The notes beneath the pieces are model-generated. The model did not search any database. It was given only the letters and a program-made list of their open reading frames with translations, and was not told where the DNA came from. Both the position numbers and the translations under genes were made by a program. Shown piece by piece: positions 10,072 through 22,389 of a stretch of 64,000 nt of DNA (positions within the stretch are counted from its first letter, which is position 1; each line of letters opens with the position of its first letter). Source of the stretch: Eledone cirrhosa (Eukaryota); the NCBI GenBank assembly GCA_964016885.1, contig OZ024765.1, positions 5,704,001 through 5,768,000 of the forward strand, read 5' to 3'.

Positions 10072-12379
10072 GCATGATTTCACAGCTCTAGCATCACTCC
10101 TTCATAGGCTGACCAAGATACTCTCATGGAATGACCAAATGAGGTTTATTTTTCAACATGCAAGATTTCACAGCTCTAGCATCACTCCTTCATAGGCTGA
10201 CCAAGATACTCTCATGGAATGACCAAATGAGGTTTATTTTTCAACATGCAAGATTTCACAGCTCTAGCATCACTCCTTCATAGGCTGACCAAGATACTCT
10301 CATGGAATGAGCAAATGAGGTTTATTTTTCAACATGCAAGATTTCACAGCTCTAGCACCACTCCTTCATAGGCTGACCAAGATACTCTCATGGAATGACC
10401 AAATGAGGTTTATTTTTCAACATGCAAGATTTCACAGCTCTAGCATCACTCCTTCATAGGCTGACAAAGATACTCTCATGGAATGACCCAATGAGGTTTA
10501 TTTTTCAACATGCAAGATTTCACAGCTCTAGCATCACTCCTTCGAAAGCTGTCCAAGATACTCTCATGGAATGACCAAATGAGGTTTATTTTTCAACATG
10601 CAAGATTTCACAGCTCTAGCATCACTCCTTCATAGGCTGACCAAGATACTCTCATGGAATGACCAAATGAGCTTTATTTTTCAACATGCAAGATTTCACA
10701 GCTCTAGCACCACTCCTTCATAGGCTGACCAAGATACTCTCATGGAATGACCAAATGAGGTTTATTTTTCAACATGCAAGATTTCACAGCTCTAGCATCA
10801 CTCCTTCATAGGCTGACCAAGATACTCTCATGGAATGACCAAATGAGGTTTATTTTTCAACATGCAAGATTTCACAGCTCTAGCATCACTCCTTCATAGG
10901 CTGACCAAGATACTCTCATGGAATGACCAAATGAGGTTTATTTCTCAACATGCAAGATTTCACAGCTCTAGCATCACTCCTTCATAGGCTGACCAAGATA
11001 CTCTCAAGGAATGACCAAATGAGGTTAATTTTTCAACATGCATGTTTGCACAGCTCTAGCATCATTCCTTCATAGGCTGACCAAGATACTCTCATGGAAT
11101 GACCAAATGAGGTTTTTTTTTTCAACATTCAAGATTTCACAGCCCTAGCATCACTCCTTCATAGTGTGCCTATGAACTTTTAAGCCTACCTTCGTATATG
11201 TAAACAATGTATTTATTTAATATACAAATAATTACTAAGAAATTCGAAATAATTTTTGCACCCATTTTTGCGATTAAGTAAAGACGGAGTTATCGTTCTT
11301 GAGATTTCGGCTTGGAGAAATTCGAGGAACTGATGTCGCTAAATCGCCAAATCATTTACCTGCCCCGTTGCACCATGGGAGGGTAATGGCTGCCCTTTAT
11401 TTTTTAAACGATGGCAGATTCTTTAGTTTCTATCGCAGCATCCTATTCCTTGTTTCATATAAGTAAATAATTAAAACATTTTGGCGAGAAAGATATTAAA
11501 AAGTCTTCTGTGGTTTAAAAAAAATAAAAGGCAGCCATTACCCTCCCATGGTGCAACGGGGCAGGTAAATGATTTGGCGATTTAGCGACATCAGTTCCTA
11601 AAATTTCTCCAAGCCGAAATCTCAAGAACGATAACTCCGTCTTTACTTAATCGCAAAAATGGGTGCAAAAATTATTTCGAATTTCTTAGTAATTATTTGT
11701 ATATTAAATAAATACATTGTTTACATATACGAAGGTAGGCTTAAAAGTTCATAGGCTCACTATGAAGGAGTGATGCTAGGGCTGTGAAATCTTGCATGTT
11801 GAAAAAAAAACCTCATTTGGTCATTCCATGAGAGTATCTTGGTCAGCCTATGAAGGAATGATGCTAGAGCTGTGCAAACTTGCATGTTGAAAAATTAACC
11901 TCATTTGGTCATTCCTTGAGAGTATCTTGGTCAGCCTATGAAGGAGTGATGCTAGAGCTGTGAAATCTTGCATGTTGAGAAATAAACCTCATTTGGTCAT
12001 TCCATGAGAGTATCTTGGTCAGCCTATGAAGGAGTGATGCTAGAGCTGTGAAATTTTGCATGTTGAAAAATAAACCTCATTTGGTCATTCCATGAGAGTA
12101 TCTTGGTCAGCCTATGAAGGAGTGATGCTAGAGCTGTGAAATCTTGCATGTTGAAAAATAAACCTCATTTGGTCATTCCATGAGAGTATCTTGGTCAGCC
12201 TATGAAGGAGTGATGCTAGGGCTGTGAAATCTTGCATGTTGAAAAATATACCTCATTTGGTCATTCTATGAGAGTATCTTGGTCAGCCTATGAAGGAGTG
12301 ATGCTAGGGCTGTGAAATCTTGCATGTTGAAAAATATACCTCATTTGGTCATTCCATGAGAGTAACTTGGTCAGCCTAC
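10072..12379. mobile_element. Foldback-like palindromic element: ~12 x 88-bp units, ~250-bp unique arm, 103-bp spacer, inverted arm, ~7 inverted units
   Basis: Unit catgcaagatttcacagctctagcatcactccttcataggctgaccaagatactctcatggaatgaccaaatgaggtttatttttcaa; spacer 11410-11512; unit variants are mirrored across the centre. Confidence 0.8.
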
Positions 12380-12659
12380 CTTCGTATATTATATATATCA
12401 TTGAATACTTCCAGTGTCACTACTCTGTTATTTGAGGGATGTTTAGTCGCTATTTCTAGTATTTTTAACCGCTGAAGAGGTTTTTCATCAGTTTTGTAAG
12501 GTATTGTAGGGTAAACTGTTGAATATGGCATATATTTGAGTGTTGTTTAACCACTAAAACTATCATTATTTATAATATTTCAGTGGCTGCCATTTCTAGC
12601 ATTCAGTAGACTCTTCGTTTTGTTGTCTTTCATTTAGTTTACATATTGAGACCCACATA

Positions 12660-13002
12660 ATACACACACACACACACACATATATATATGTAAATGCGTA
12701 TATATATACATTTACATATATATGTATATATGTATATATATACTTATAAATATATATATATATATACATATATATATAATTATATATATATATACATATA
12801 TATATAATTATATATATATATATACATATATATATATACATACGTATATATATATATACATATATATACATACATATATATATACATACATATATATATA
12901 TACATATATATATATACATACATATATATATACATATATATATATATACATACATATATATATACATATATATATATACATACATATATATATATACATA
13001 TA

Positions 13003-13043
<41 letters not shown>

Positions 13044-13092
13044 ATACATATATATAAGCATACATACATATATATATATATATGCATACTAC

Positions 13093-13137
<45 letters not shown>

Positions 13138-13260
13138 CATACATATATATATACATACATATATATATATATATATATGCATACATATATATATATACAT
13201 ATATATATATATACATATATGTATATACATACATACATATATATATACATACATATATAC

Positions 13261-13292
<32 letters not shown>

Positions 13293-13308
13293 ATATGTGT
13301 GTGTGTGT
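12660..13308. repeat. (TA)n/(CATA)n microsatellite
   Basis: Seen directly. Confidence 0.95.
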
Positions 13309-13310
13309 GA

Positions 13311-14790
13311 ATAGGCTGACCAAGATACTCTCATGGAATGACCAAATGAGCTTTATTTTTAAACATGCAAGATTTCACAGCTCTAGCATCACTCCTTCAT
13401 AGGCTGACCAAGATACTCTCATGGAATGATCAAATGAGGTTTATTTTTCAACATGCAAGATTTCACAGCTCTAGCATCACTCCTTCGAAGGCTGTCCAAG
13501 ATACTCTCATGGAATGAGCAAATGAGGTTTATTTTTCAACATGCAAGATTTCACAGCTCTAGCATCACTCCTTCATAGGCTGACCAAGATACTCTCATGG
13601 AATGACCAAATGAGGTTTATTTTTCAACATGCAAGATTTCACAGCTCTAGCATCACTCCTTCATAGGCTGACCAAGATACTCTCATGGAATGACCAAATG
13701 AGCTTTATTTTTAAACATGCAAGATTTCACAGCTCTAGCACCACTCCTTCATAGGCTGACCAAGATACTCTCATGGAATGACCAAATGAGGTTTATTTTT
13801 CAACATGCACGATTTCACAGCTCTAGCATCACTCCTTCATAGGCTCACCAAGATACTCTCATGGAATGACCAAATGAGGTTTATTTTTCAACATGCAAGA
13901 TTTCACAGCTATCACTCCTTCATAGGCTGACCAAGATACTCTCATGGAATGACCAAATGAGGTTTATTTTTCAACATGCAAGATTTCACAGCTCTAGCAT
14001 CACTCCTTCATAGGCTGACCAAGATACTCTCAAGGAATGACCAAATGAGGTTAATTTTTCAACATGCATGTTTGCACAGCTCTAGCACCACTCCTTCATA
14101 GGCTGACCAAGATACTCTCATGGAATGACCAAATGAGCTTTATTTTTCAACATGCAAGATTTCACAGCTCTAGCATCATTCCTTCATAGGCTGACCAAGA
14201 TACTCTCATGGAATGACCAAATGAGGTTTTTTTTTTCAACATGCAAGATTTCACAGCCCTAGCATCACTCCTTCATAGTGAGCCTATGAACATTTAAGCC
14301 TACCTTCGTATATGTAAACAATGTATTTATTTAATATACAAACAATTAATTACTAAGAAATTCGAAATAATTTTTGCACCCATTTTTGCGATTAAGTAAA
14401 GACGGAGTTATCGTTCTTGAGATTTCGGCTTGGAGAAATTCGAGGAACTGATGTCGCTAAATCGCCAAATCATTTACCTGCCCCGTTGCACCATGGGAGG
14501 GTAATGGCTGCCCTTTATTTTTTAAACGATGGCAGATTCTTTAGTTTCTATCGCAGCATCCTATTCCTTGTTTCATATAAGTAAATAATTAAAACATCTT
14601 GGCGAGAAAGATATTAAAAAGTCTTCTGTGGTTTAAAAAAAATAAAAGGCAGCCTTTACCCTCCCATGGTGCAACGGGGCAGGTAAATGATTTGGCGATT
14701 TAGCGACATCAGTTCCTAAAATTTCTCCAAGCCGAAATCTCAAGAACGATAACTCCGTTTTTACTTAATCGCAAAAATGGGTGCAAAAAA
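13311..14790. mobile_element. Second copy of the foldback element (~11 x 88-bp units, arm, spacer, truncated inverted arm)
   Basis: Near-identical to the first copy; the right arm stops at ~14790. Confidence 0.8.
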
Positions 14791-15093
14791 GTTTCAGTGT
14801 AAAAGGACCCCTTTTACACTTTTACAATAGATGTAAAGAGAAGGTGAGAAATAAGTGGTGGATAGAGTAATAGAAGTAAAGAGAGGGGGAGAAGTAAAAC
14901 GTAGATAGTCTAGGCAACTGAGAGAGAGGGTGAGAGAATTGAGAGTGTTACACACATTTGTCTTGCTGTCTCTCTCTATTTCTCCTCCTTCGGTATATTA
15001 TTGCCTCTTACTACGCCCTATAGCAGATCGACCCGCCACCTTTCGATCAAACAAAGAAACACCGAAGGACTATGAACGATAACTCTGTTTAAG

Positions 15094-15174
15094 GAACCAG
15101 CCAGGTTCGAACCTCTGTAACACTTTATTCCTGGCCTTAGTAAGCCGTACTGCTAACCATTCGGCCACACTAGT
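15094..15174 (-). pseudogene. tRNA-Ser-like degenerate Pol III unit
   Basis: Minus strand TGGCCGAATGGTTAG (A box) ... ttACTaa loop ... long variable region ... GGTTCGAACC (B box); stems poorly paired. Confidence 0.5.
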
Positions 15175-15255
15175 AAACATATCGTAGCGCCCTCTTTAGG
15201 GGAAAGTTGAAACTATATAAAAAGAGTAGGAGGTAACTCCGAGGTGACTATAGTG

Positions 15256-15336
15256 AAATACTTGAGATTCGAACCCATGTGATATTATATAGCTGAGGTT
15301 AGTAAGCCGCGCTGCTACTACCTCAGCCACATAGGC
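15256..15336 (-). pseudogene. Second tRNA-Ser-like degenerate Pol III unit
   Basis: Minus strand TGGCTGAGGTAG ... gcggcttactaa ... GGTTCGAATC; paralogous to 15094-15174. Confidence 0.5.
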
Positions 15337-15804
15337 CAAAATAGAAATCTCGCCATAATATCGTTTGTAAAGAGAGGACAATTTTTATAGCGTCTCCGTT
15401 TTGTTTTTTCTCACTAATAATCTAAACATTTCACTCTTTTACTCTTTTATTTCCTCAATAATTCCACTTAATTCCATTAAATATTCAATCTTGATCATAA
15501 TAAACTACAGTAACTTTATTTATCTTACAATTACAACTTTTATTTCGACATATTTCATTATTAAACAGTTAAAATAATGTTGACCAACACGTTAATCTTT
15601 ATTAAATCTCCACATATTCACCGATGTTCAACAGATTCTACACAAAAATTGTTAATAAAATACATATGTATATTTATTTATACACATGTATGTATAAATA
15701 TATACATTTATATAATATGTATAGCGCTAATTAATAAATATTTCCATCTGTGACGATCCGTACAACCAATAATAGTAGAAGACACGTTAAATGATGCGTA
15801 TATA

Positions 15805-15879
15805 CAGTGTGCCCCCAAAATGTATACACATTCACGTAGAATGCTGTTAAAGTCTGTATACATTTTTAGGGACAACCTG
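15805..15879. mobile_element. 75-bp Tc1/mariner-type MITE
   Basis: TA|cagtgtgcccccaaaatgtataca ... tgtatacatttttagggacaacctg|TA: imperfect TIRs and a TA TSD. Confidence 0.65.
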
Positions 15880-15957
15880 TATATATTAAGACGACTGATA
15901 TATATATTTATATTTATACATATATATTTTTATGTATTCCATTAAATATTCTACATG

Positions 15958-18462
15958 TCATCATCATCATCATCATCAACGTTTAACGTCCGTGTTCCAC
16001 GCTTGCATGGGTTTGGACGGGGGTAGTCCCACTTGAGGCAAGAGTGATTGTCTTGCTCGCATAGGACTGTCTGGCAGGTTTTCTACAGTTGGATGCCCTT
16101 CCTAACACCAACCACATTTACAGTGTGGGTCTGGGAGGTTTTTACCGTGTTGCCTACACGGCCACATTACAGCGTGGACTGTGTGTTTTTTTGTCGTGAC
16201 ACCTACACGATCTCGTTTGTTTCGGCCTGGATGGCGCGGCACCAACATAACTTTACATGGAACGGGGTGGTGTGGGGGTGGTGGCGGGACGGGGTGTAGT
16301 TTGTTAGAGATGCCTACTGGCAAGGCGGGTCTTCTCTGTTACTGAGTACCGCCAAAGGTCACAGTCCAGTGACATTGTCTTGGAGAGGTGTAAGTGTGTG
16401 AGGTCGGAGTTTATCAGCTCATCCCATGTTTTTCTAGGTCTGCCTATTCCGTGGCTACCGTCTATGTTTATTGCCCTGCACTTTGTAATACAGCTATCGA
16501 CTTTCATGCGCATCACGTGTCCATACCAACGCAGCCTTCTCTCGAGTAAACAACATCTGATCCCTCTTATCTCTAATTTTTTCCTTAGTTCGTTTATGCT
16601 TTGCCGTTCACGTATATTACTGTTACACATCCAGCGGAGCATGCAAGCTTCGTTCCTCTCTAGTCTGCGTATATCCTCTGCACACAATGCCCAGGTCTCA
16701 CTACCATGCAACATTGCTGTTCGTATGCAGGCATCGTACAACCTGCCTTTCATTTTTAGGGAGAACCCTTTAGCAGCTAATAGTGGTATAAGCTCTCTGA
16801 ACTTTTTCCAACCAGTTCTGACTCTAGCTACAGTACTTTCAGAGCACCCTCCCCCACTGCTGATTTTATCGCCCAGGTAACGGAAGCTGTCCACTATTTC
16901 TATAGAACCCTCTGCGCAATTGAAAGAGCTAGTATTTTGTGGGCACTTGCTGCTACTTATTGCACCAGAACACCGGCCACATGTAAAGTCTATGTTCTTA
17001 GTTAGCTTACCTGTGATCCCACTACATCTTTTATGCACCCATACTTTGCATTTAGGACATAAGATGGAGTTTCTACCTACGCCTTTCCTACATACCGAGC
17101 ACGACCATTTCCCAGAAGGGACCGCCGCCTTGTTTTCTTTCCTACAAACTAGAACTTTGGTCTTAGCCAGGTTAATTTTAAGTCCTTTTGACTCTAGGCC
17201 GTGCTTCCATGTTTGGAATTTCTTCTCTAGCTCGGCCATTGATTCCGCTATGAGTGTCAGGTCGTCTGCGTATAGGAGTTCCCATGGGCAGCCTGTCTTG
17301 AACTCCTCTGTTATAGCCTGAAGGGCAATAATAAATAGTAGGGGGCTGAGAACAGAGCCCTGATGGACGCCAACTTTTACGCTAAACTCTTCACTATATT
17401 CGTTGTTAATTCTAACCTTGCTGACTGTTTCTTTATACATGGCTTGTATAGCCCTCACAAGCCATTCGTCAACGCCTAGTTTTCTAAGAGCCCACCAGAT
17501 AATGGAGCAGGGGACTCTGTCGAAGGCTTTCTCCAGGTCGACAAAAGCTAAGTAGAGGGGTTTACCTTTAGCTAGGTACTTCTCCTGTAGTTGTCGTACT
17601 ATGAAAAGAGCGTCTGTGGTGCTTTTGCCTGACACAAACCCGAACTGCATTTCATCTAGATCAATTCTCTCTCTGATTAGTTGCGCTATTACTTTTTCCG
17701 TGACCTTCATGACCTGGTCGATTAATTTAATGCCTCTATAGTTACTCCTATCTAGGGCGTCTCCTTTACCCTTATAACAGTTAACGATGATGCTGCTATG
17801 CCAGTCCTTCGGAACAACCCCATTCTGTACGACTTGGTTAACTATGCGGGTGACCATGGTGTGTCCCACCGTGCCAGATGCCTTCAGCATCTCAGCAACT
17901 ATTTCCGAAGGCCCAGCCGCCTTACCAGTCTTCATATCCTTGATTGCCTTACTTATTATACTCCCCTCGACTAACACTGCTGGTCCCTCTATCGGGTCGA
18001 TATGGGGGAGACTGTCTTTCTCCCATTTATTCTCCTCATTTAGTAGCCTTTCATAGTGACACTTCCAAGCTACCTTCTTATCAGTGTCGGTGATGGCAAG
18101 TATGCCATCATCGTTAAGTACACACTTCTCCCCGACAATATCACGGTTTTCCTTGACGCATTGCCTGGCAATCCTGAACACCTCACGTTTTTGGTCATCG
18201 CGTTGTAGAACATGCTTGAACTTTCTTTCCTCAGCTTCCCTTCTTGCTAAGTACACTTCTCTCCTAGCTTCCCTCCTGGCCACTTGATAGTCTACTCTAC
18301 TTCCCCCATCCCGCCATACTTTCCAAGCCTGCTTTTTGGCCTTAATTGACCCCTCCACCCTATTGTTCCACCACCATGTTACTCTCCTCCTGCCTACAGG
18401 CCTGCTCCAGCCACAGACCTCGTCTGTCGCCAACAGCAGGTTTGCTTTCAGAAATTTCCACT
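15958..18462 (-). mobile_element. 5'-truncated RTE-clade LINE with (GAT)n tail
   Basis: Intact RT frame, ~350-bp 3' UTR, (cat)n at ~15958-15978 on the + strand. Confidence 0.92.
16304..18433 (-). CDS. RTE reverse transcriptase (endonuclease lost by truncation) with an internal C4HC3 PHD-like finger
   Basis: NYRGIKL, QFGF, FVDLEKAFD, GVHQGSVLSP, YADD, FRYLG; CSVC..CPKC..HKRC..CGRC. Confidence 0.88.
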   Translation of the reverse strand: MATDEVCGWSRPVGRRRVTWWWNNRVEGSIKAKKQAWKVWRDGGSRVDYQVARREARREVYLARREAEERKFKHVLQRDDQKREVFRIARQCVKENRDIVGEKCVLNDDGILAITDTDKKVAWKCHYERLLNEENKWEKDSLPHIDPIEGPAVLVEGSIISKAIKDMKTGKAAGPSEIVAEMLKASGTVGHTMVTRIVNQVVQNGVVPKDWHSSIIVNCYKGKGDALDRSNYRGIKLIDQVMKVTEKVIAQLIRERIDLDEMQFGFVSGKSTTDALFIVRQLQEKYLAKGKPLYLAFVDLEKAFDRVPCSIIWWALRKLGVDEWLVRAIQAMYKETVSKVRINNEYSEEFSVKVGVHQGSVLSPLLFIIALQAITEEFKTGCPWELLYADDLTLIAESMAELEKKFQTWKHGLESKGLKINLAKTKVLVCRKENKAAVPSGKWSCSVCRKGVGRNSILCPKCKVWVHKRCSGITGKLTKNIDFTCGRCSGAISSSKCPQNTSSFNCAEGSIEIVDSFRYLGDKISSGGGCSESTVARVRTGWKKFRELIPLLAAKGFSLKMKGRLYDACIRTAMLHGSETWALCAEDIRRLERNEACMLRWMCNSNIRERQSINELRKKLEIRGIRCCLLERRLRWYGHVMRMKVDSCITKCRAINIDGSHGIGRPRKTWDELINSDLTHLHLSKTMSLDCDLWRYSVTEKTRLASRHL

Positions 18463-18674
18463 GTGTATATTACATTTATATGAATATATATATAAACATA
18501 TATATACTCTCATATGTATACGCCTGAAAATGTATACATGTATGTAAACATTTATACATACATGTGTACATATAGGCGGACAGTCATGCATATAAAATAT
18601 TTTACTATTTATTTATATACATACGCTGAATTATTAATTTATAAAAATAACAATGTATGATTAAATTATATTTC

Positions 18675-18805
18675 ATTATGTCTACGATCTGAGTTCAAAT
18701 TCCGCCGAGGTTGACTTTGCCTTTCATCCTTACGGGGTCGATAAAATAAAGTACCAGTAATGCACTGGGTAATTGCTGGCCTTGTGCCTAAAGTAGAAAC
18801 AATTA
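18675..18805 (+). mobile_element. tRNA-derived SINE (5'-truncated)
   Basis: gatctgagttcaaattccgccgaggttgactttgcc...gtagaaacaatta, near-identical to 28740-28860. Confidence 0.9.
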
Positions 18806-18974
18806 TGTCAACGAATGAAAATTATTTTAATAACTTGTTTTAATGTCATTTTAACATTAATTTATCTAAATAAACACTTTATTTGTCAAGAAAACCATGG
18901 TCATAATATTGCAAATAAAAAGAGAGGGAGTCGGGCTGCTAACTGCGAGGTACTTATCTTCACAGGCGGCTTGC

Positions 18975-19415
18975 CTAACCCAAGGTAACAGGTGATGCTG
19001 GGGAGAGCGCTTGGCTATTCCAGCACCTCAGCCTCGCCATCACCCGAGGTAACTGGTGCTGCTAGTGAGAGCGCTTGGCTATTCCAGCACCTCAGCCTCG
19101 CCATCACCCGAGGTAACTGGTGCTGCTAGTGAGGGCACTTGGCTATTCCAGCACCTTAGTCTCGCCATCACCCGAGGTAACTGGTGATGCTCATGAGCGC
19201 ACTTGGCTATTCCAGCACCCCAGCTGCACCAACCCCTGGGGGACACAGGTGATGTTCCTCTTGGGGGTGCTTGGCTGTTGCTGGATCTCACCCTTGCCAT
19301 CACCGGAGGTAACTGGTCATGCTCCTCGTGAGGACGCGTTGCTATTCCAGCACCTCAGCCTCGCCATCACGCGAGGTAACTGGTCATGCTCCTTGTGAGA
19401 GCGCTTGGTTATTCC
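18975..19415. repeat. GC-rich 64-bp minisatellite (~7 units)
   Basis: gagagcgcttggctattccagcacctcagcctcgccatcacccgaggtaactggtgctgctagt at 19003, 19067 etc. Confidence 0.85.
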
Positions 19416-20010
19416 AAGAAGATAGTGGACCTGATATCACTGCTCTACACCAACACCAAAGCCCAAGTCATTACACCTGATGGGATGACAGAATTCTTTG
19501 AGATACTGGCTGGAGTGCTCCAGGGAGATACATTGGCTCCCTACCTTTTTATCATCGTAGTGGACTATTGTATGCGCCTTGCACTGGAGAAACACCAGGA
19601 CTCTGGCTTTACTGTAGCACCAGCTCACAGCAGGAGAGTTAAGGCGAAAAAGATATCGGATGCTTAATTTGCCGACAACATAGTTTAGGTGACAAATACA
19701 GTGAAGGAGGCAGAGGATTTGATGCAGGAGGTTGAGACTGTGTCGATGAGTCTGGGCTGAGTTTGAATGAGACTAAGATAAAATATCTGGTAGAGAATGT
19801 TGAGAATGTTGAGAAGCCAGAGGGGATCACTAAGATAGGCGGGAAGCCGCTAGAATTGGTTGAGGACTTTCTGTATTTGGGAGCAAAGATTGGGAATACT
19901 GAAGATGATGTGGTTGAGAGGAAGAGCAAAGCCTGGGCGGCGTGCCACAGCTTGAGATCGGTGTGGAAGTCGGACCTTCGTAAATACCTGATTATCTGCC
20001 TCTTCATTGC
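19400..20010 (+). mobile_element. Degenerate non-LTR RT fragment (RTE group, a different family from 16304-18433)
   Basis: GVLQGDTLAPYLFIIVVDY, *FADN, LELVEDFLYLG, RKSKAWAACHSLRSVWKS, with stops and frameshifts. Confidence 0.85.
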
Positions 20011-20179
20011 TATATATATATATTTAATCTGTTATTTTAATAAATATTATATATATATATATTATATATATATATATTATATATATATATATATATATAA
20101 TATATATATATATATAATATATATATAATATATATATAATATATATATAATATATATATAATATATATATATTATATAT

Positions 20180-20221
<42 letters not shown>

Positions 20222-20238
20222 ATATATATAATATATAT

Positions 20239-20270
<32 letters not shown>

Positions 20271-20412
20271 ATATATATATATATATAATATATATATATA
20301 TATAATATATATATATATATAATATATATATATATATAATATATATATATATATAATATATATATATATATAATATATATATATATATAATATATATATA
20401 TATATAATATAT

Positions 20413-20457
<45 letters not shown>

Positions 20458-20477
20458 TATATATATATAAAATATAT

Positions 20478-20545
<68 letters not shown>

Positions 20546-20888
20546 TATATATAATATATATATATATAATATATATATATATAATATATATATATATAAT
20601 ATATATATATATAATATATATATATATAATATATATATATATAATATATATATATATAATATATATATATATAATATATATATATATAATATATATATAT
20701 ATAATATATATATATATAATATATATATATATAATATATATATATATAATATATATATATATAATATATATATATATAATATATATATATATATATAATA
20801 TATATATATATAATATATATATATATAATATATATATATATAATATATATATATATATATAATATATATATATATAATATATATATAT
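20011..20888. repeat. ~880-bp (TA)n-rich microsatellite
   Basis: Seen directly. Confidence 0.95.
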
Positions 20889-21010
20889 GTGCCGTTGCAC
20901 ATCCGGATCAAGGATCAAACAAAATTTGCTTTCAGTCATCAGAATGAAAAAATCCTGGTGTATTTATTGACAGCTTTTTAAAATCCATTGTCAATAAATA
21001 CACCAGGATT

Positions 21011-21071
21011 TTTGATTCTGATGACTGAAAGCAAATTTTGTTTGCTTTCAAGAAACCACTGGTAAATGAAA
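21011..21071 (+). ncRNA. Type I hammerhead ribozyme motif within an inverted-repeat Penelope-like element (~20917-21170)
   Basis: tttgatt-CTGATGA-c-tgaaagcaaa-ttttg-tttgctttca-a-GAAAC-cact-GGTA-aatgaaa: canonical core, 10-bp stem II, ACC/GGT stem III; inverted partial copy at 20917-20972. Confidence 0.72.
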
Positions 21072-21244
21072 TAATTATCTTGTGTTGTTTATTACATAAC
21101 TGTTAAGCTCTGTAACCTACATAGAGCACTCTTTTTTCCTGGACCTTTCCGACGGAATTACTTCATTTATTATATATATATATAGATTATATATATATAT
21201 TATATATATTATATATATTATATTTTATATATATATATATGATG

Positions 21245-21395
21245 CTTTGAAGCATGGAGTCACGTCCCTTTATGATGTGAGTTCAAATCCCGCCGAGGTT
21301 CACTTACCCTTTCATTCTTACAGGGTCGATAAAATAAAGTACCAGTAATGTACTGCGATAATTGCTGGCCTTGTGGCAAAAGTAGAAACAATTAT
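21245..21395 (+). mobile_element. tRNA-derived SINE
   Basis: Same family as 28683-28856. Confidence 0.85.
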
Positions 21396-21496
21396 TTATT
21401 CAAAGTAATCCAACTTATTTTACTAGGGGATATAAAATTATAAACCGTACGCATTCCCGCTCTTCTTACTTTATTATTGTTTAGATATATATATAT

Positions 21497-21598
21497 AATT
21501 GTTTCTACGTTTGGTACAAGGCCAGCAATTAAATCAGTGCATTACTGGTACTTTATTTTATCGACCCCGTAAGGATGAAAGGCAAAATTAACCTCGGC
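21497..21598 (-). mobile_element. tRNA-derived SINE, partial (inverted relative to the neighbouring copy)
   Basis: Same family. Confidence 0.85.
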
Positions 21599-22389
21599 TG
21601 TGGTCTTCCCTTGTTTTAAGACTGTGTAGATTGTGATTTGGCTGTTATTTCCACCAGGTCAAGTAACAAGGTAAGAGACTCCCTCGTTGATACTTAATAG
21701 CTATCTTACTAGGTGGCGTTGTTTGCTTTACCAAACAATTGATGGAATGAATTGATAGAACTGAATGTATTAAATTATGTCAGGGACATTTAACATTTGA
21801 CACCGGTTTCATTCAAGGGAAGGAAACATTGTCAACGACACCAAGTACCTGCTCTTTCATTTATAACTTTAATTAATCTAATTATATCTTGTGTAGTAAT
21901 TATTTCATGTTAAGGTGAAAGTTAATATTCTGTAGATAACATAGGATGAGCTACATGTTTCAAGGTAGGTGTTCCATCACCTACATGATTAAATATTTCA
22001 TTTCATGAGAAACTACGCTACATCGTGAATTGGTTGTTCCACATGTTACAGGACAGTGAGAAATAGGTTTAAATCACCAACATCTGAACAATTAGCTTTC
22101 CTGGTCTTTCTTAACTTTACATTTGGACTTGAAATATAAAGTACGTATTATTTGTATTGTCAACACAACAGATATTGTGTACTTTTCTACACTCCGTTGT
22201 GAACAATCCGGATTTATTAGGTTAACTGCTCACAGTCATATATATATATATATACACACATGTACAGACATATATTTATTGGAACAAACATACAAATCTA
22301 TCTGTCTGTCTGTCAGTCTTTCTCACTCCAACATCTTTCTTACACTGTAATATCTATTCTGAGCTTTTAAGAATTCTTCAAGGATTACA

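Noticed and set aside
12596-13402. Long Y/I/M/C-rich ORFs (also 20172-20939, 29267-29506)
   Set aside because: Translations of (TA)n/(CATA)n microsatellites
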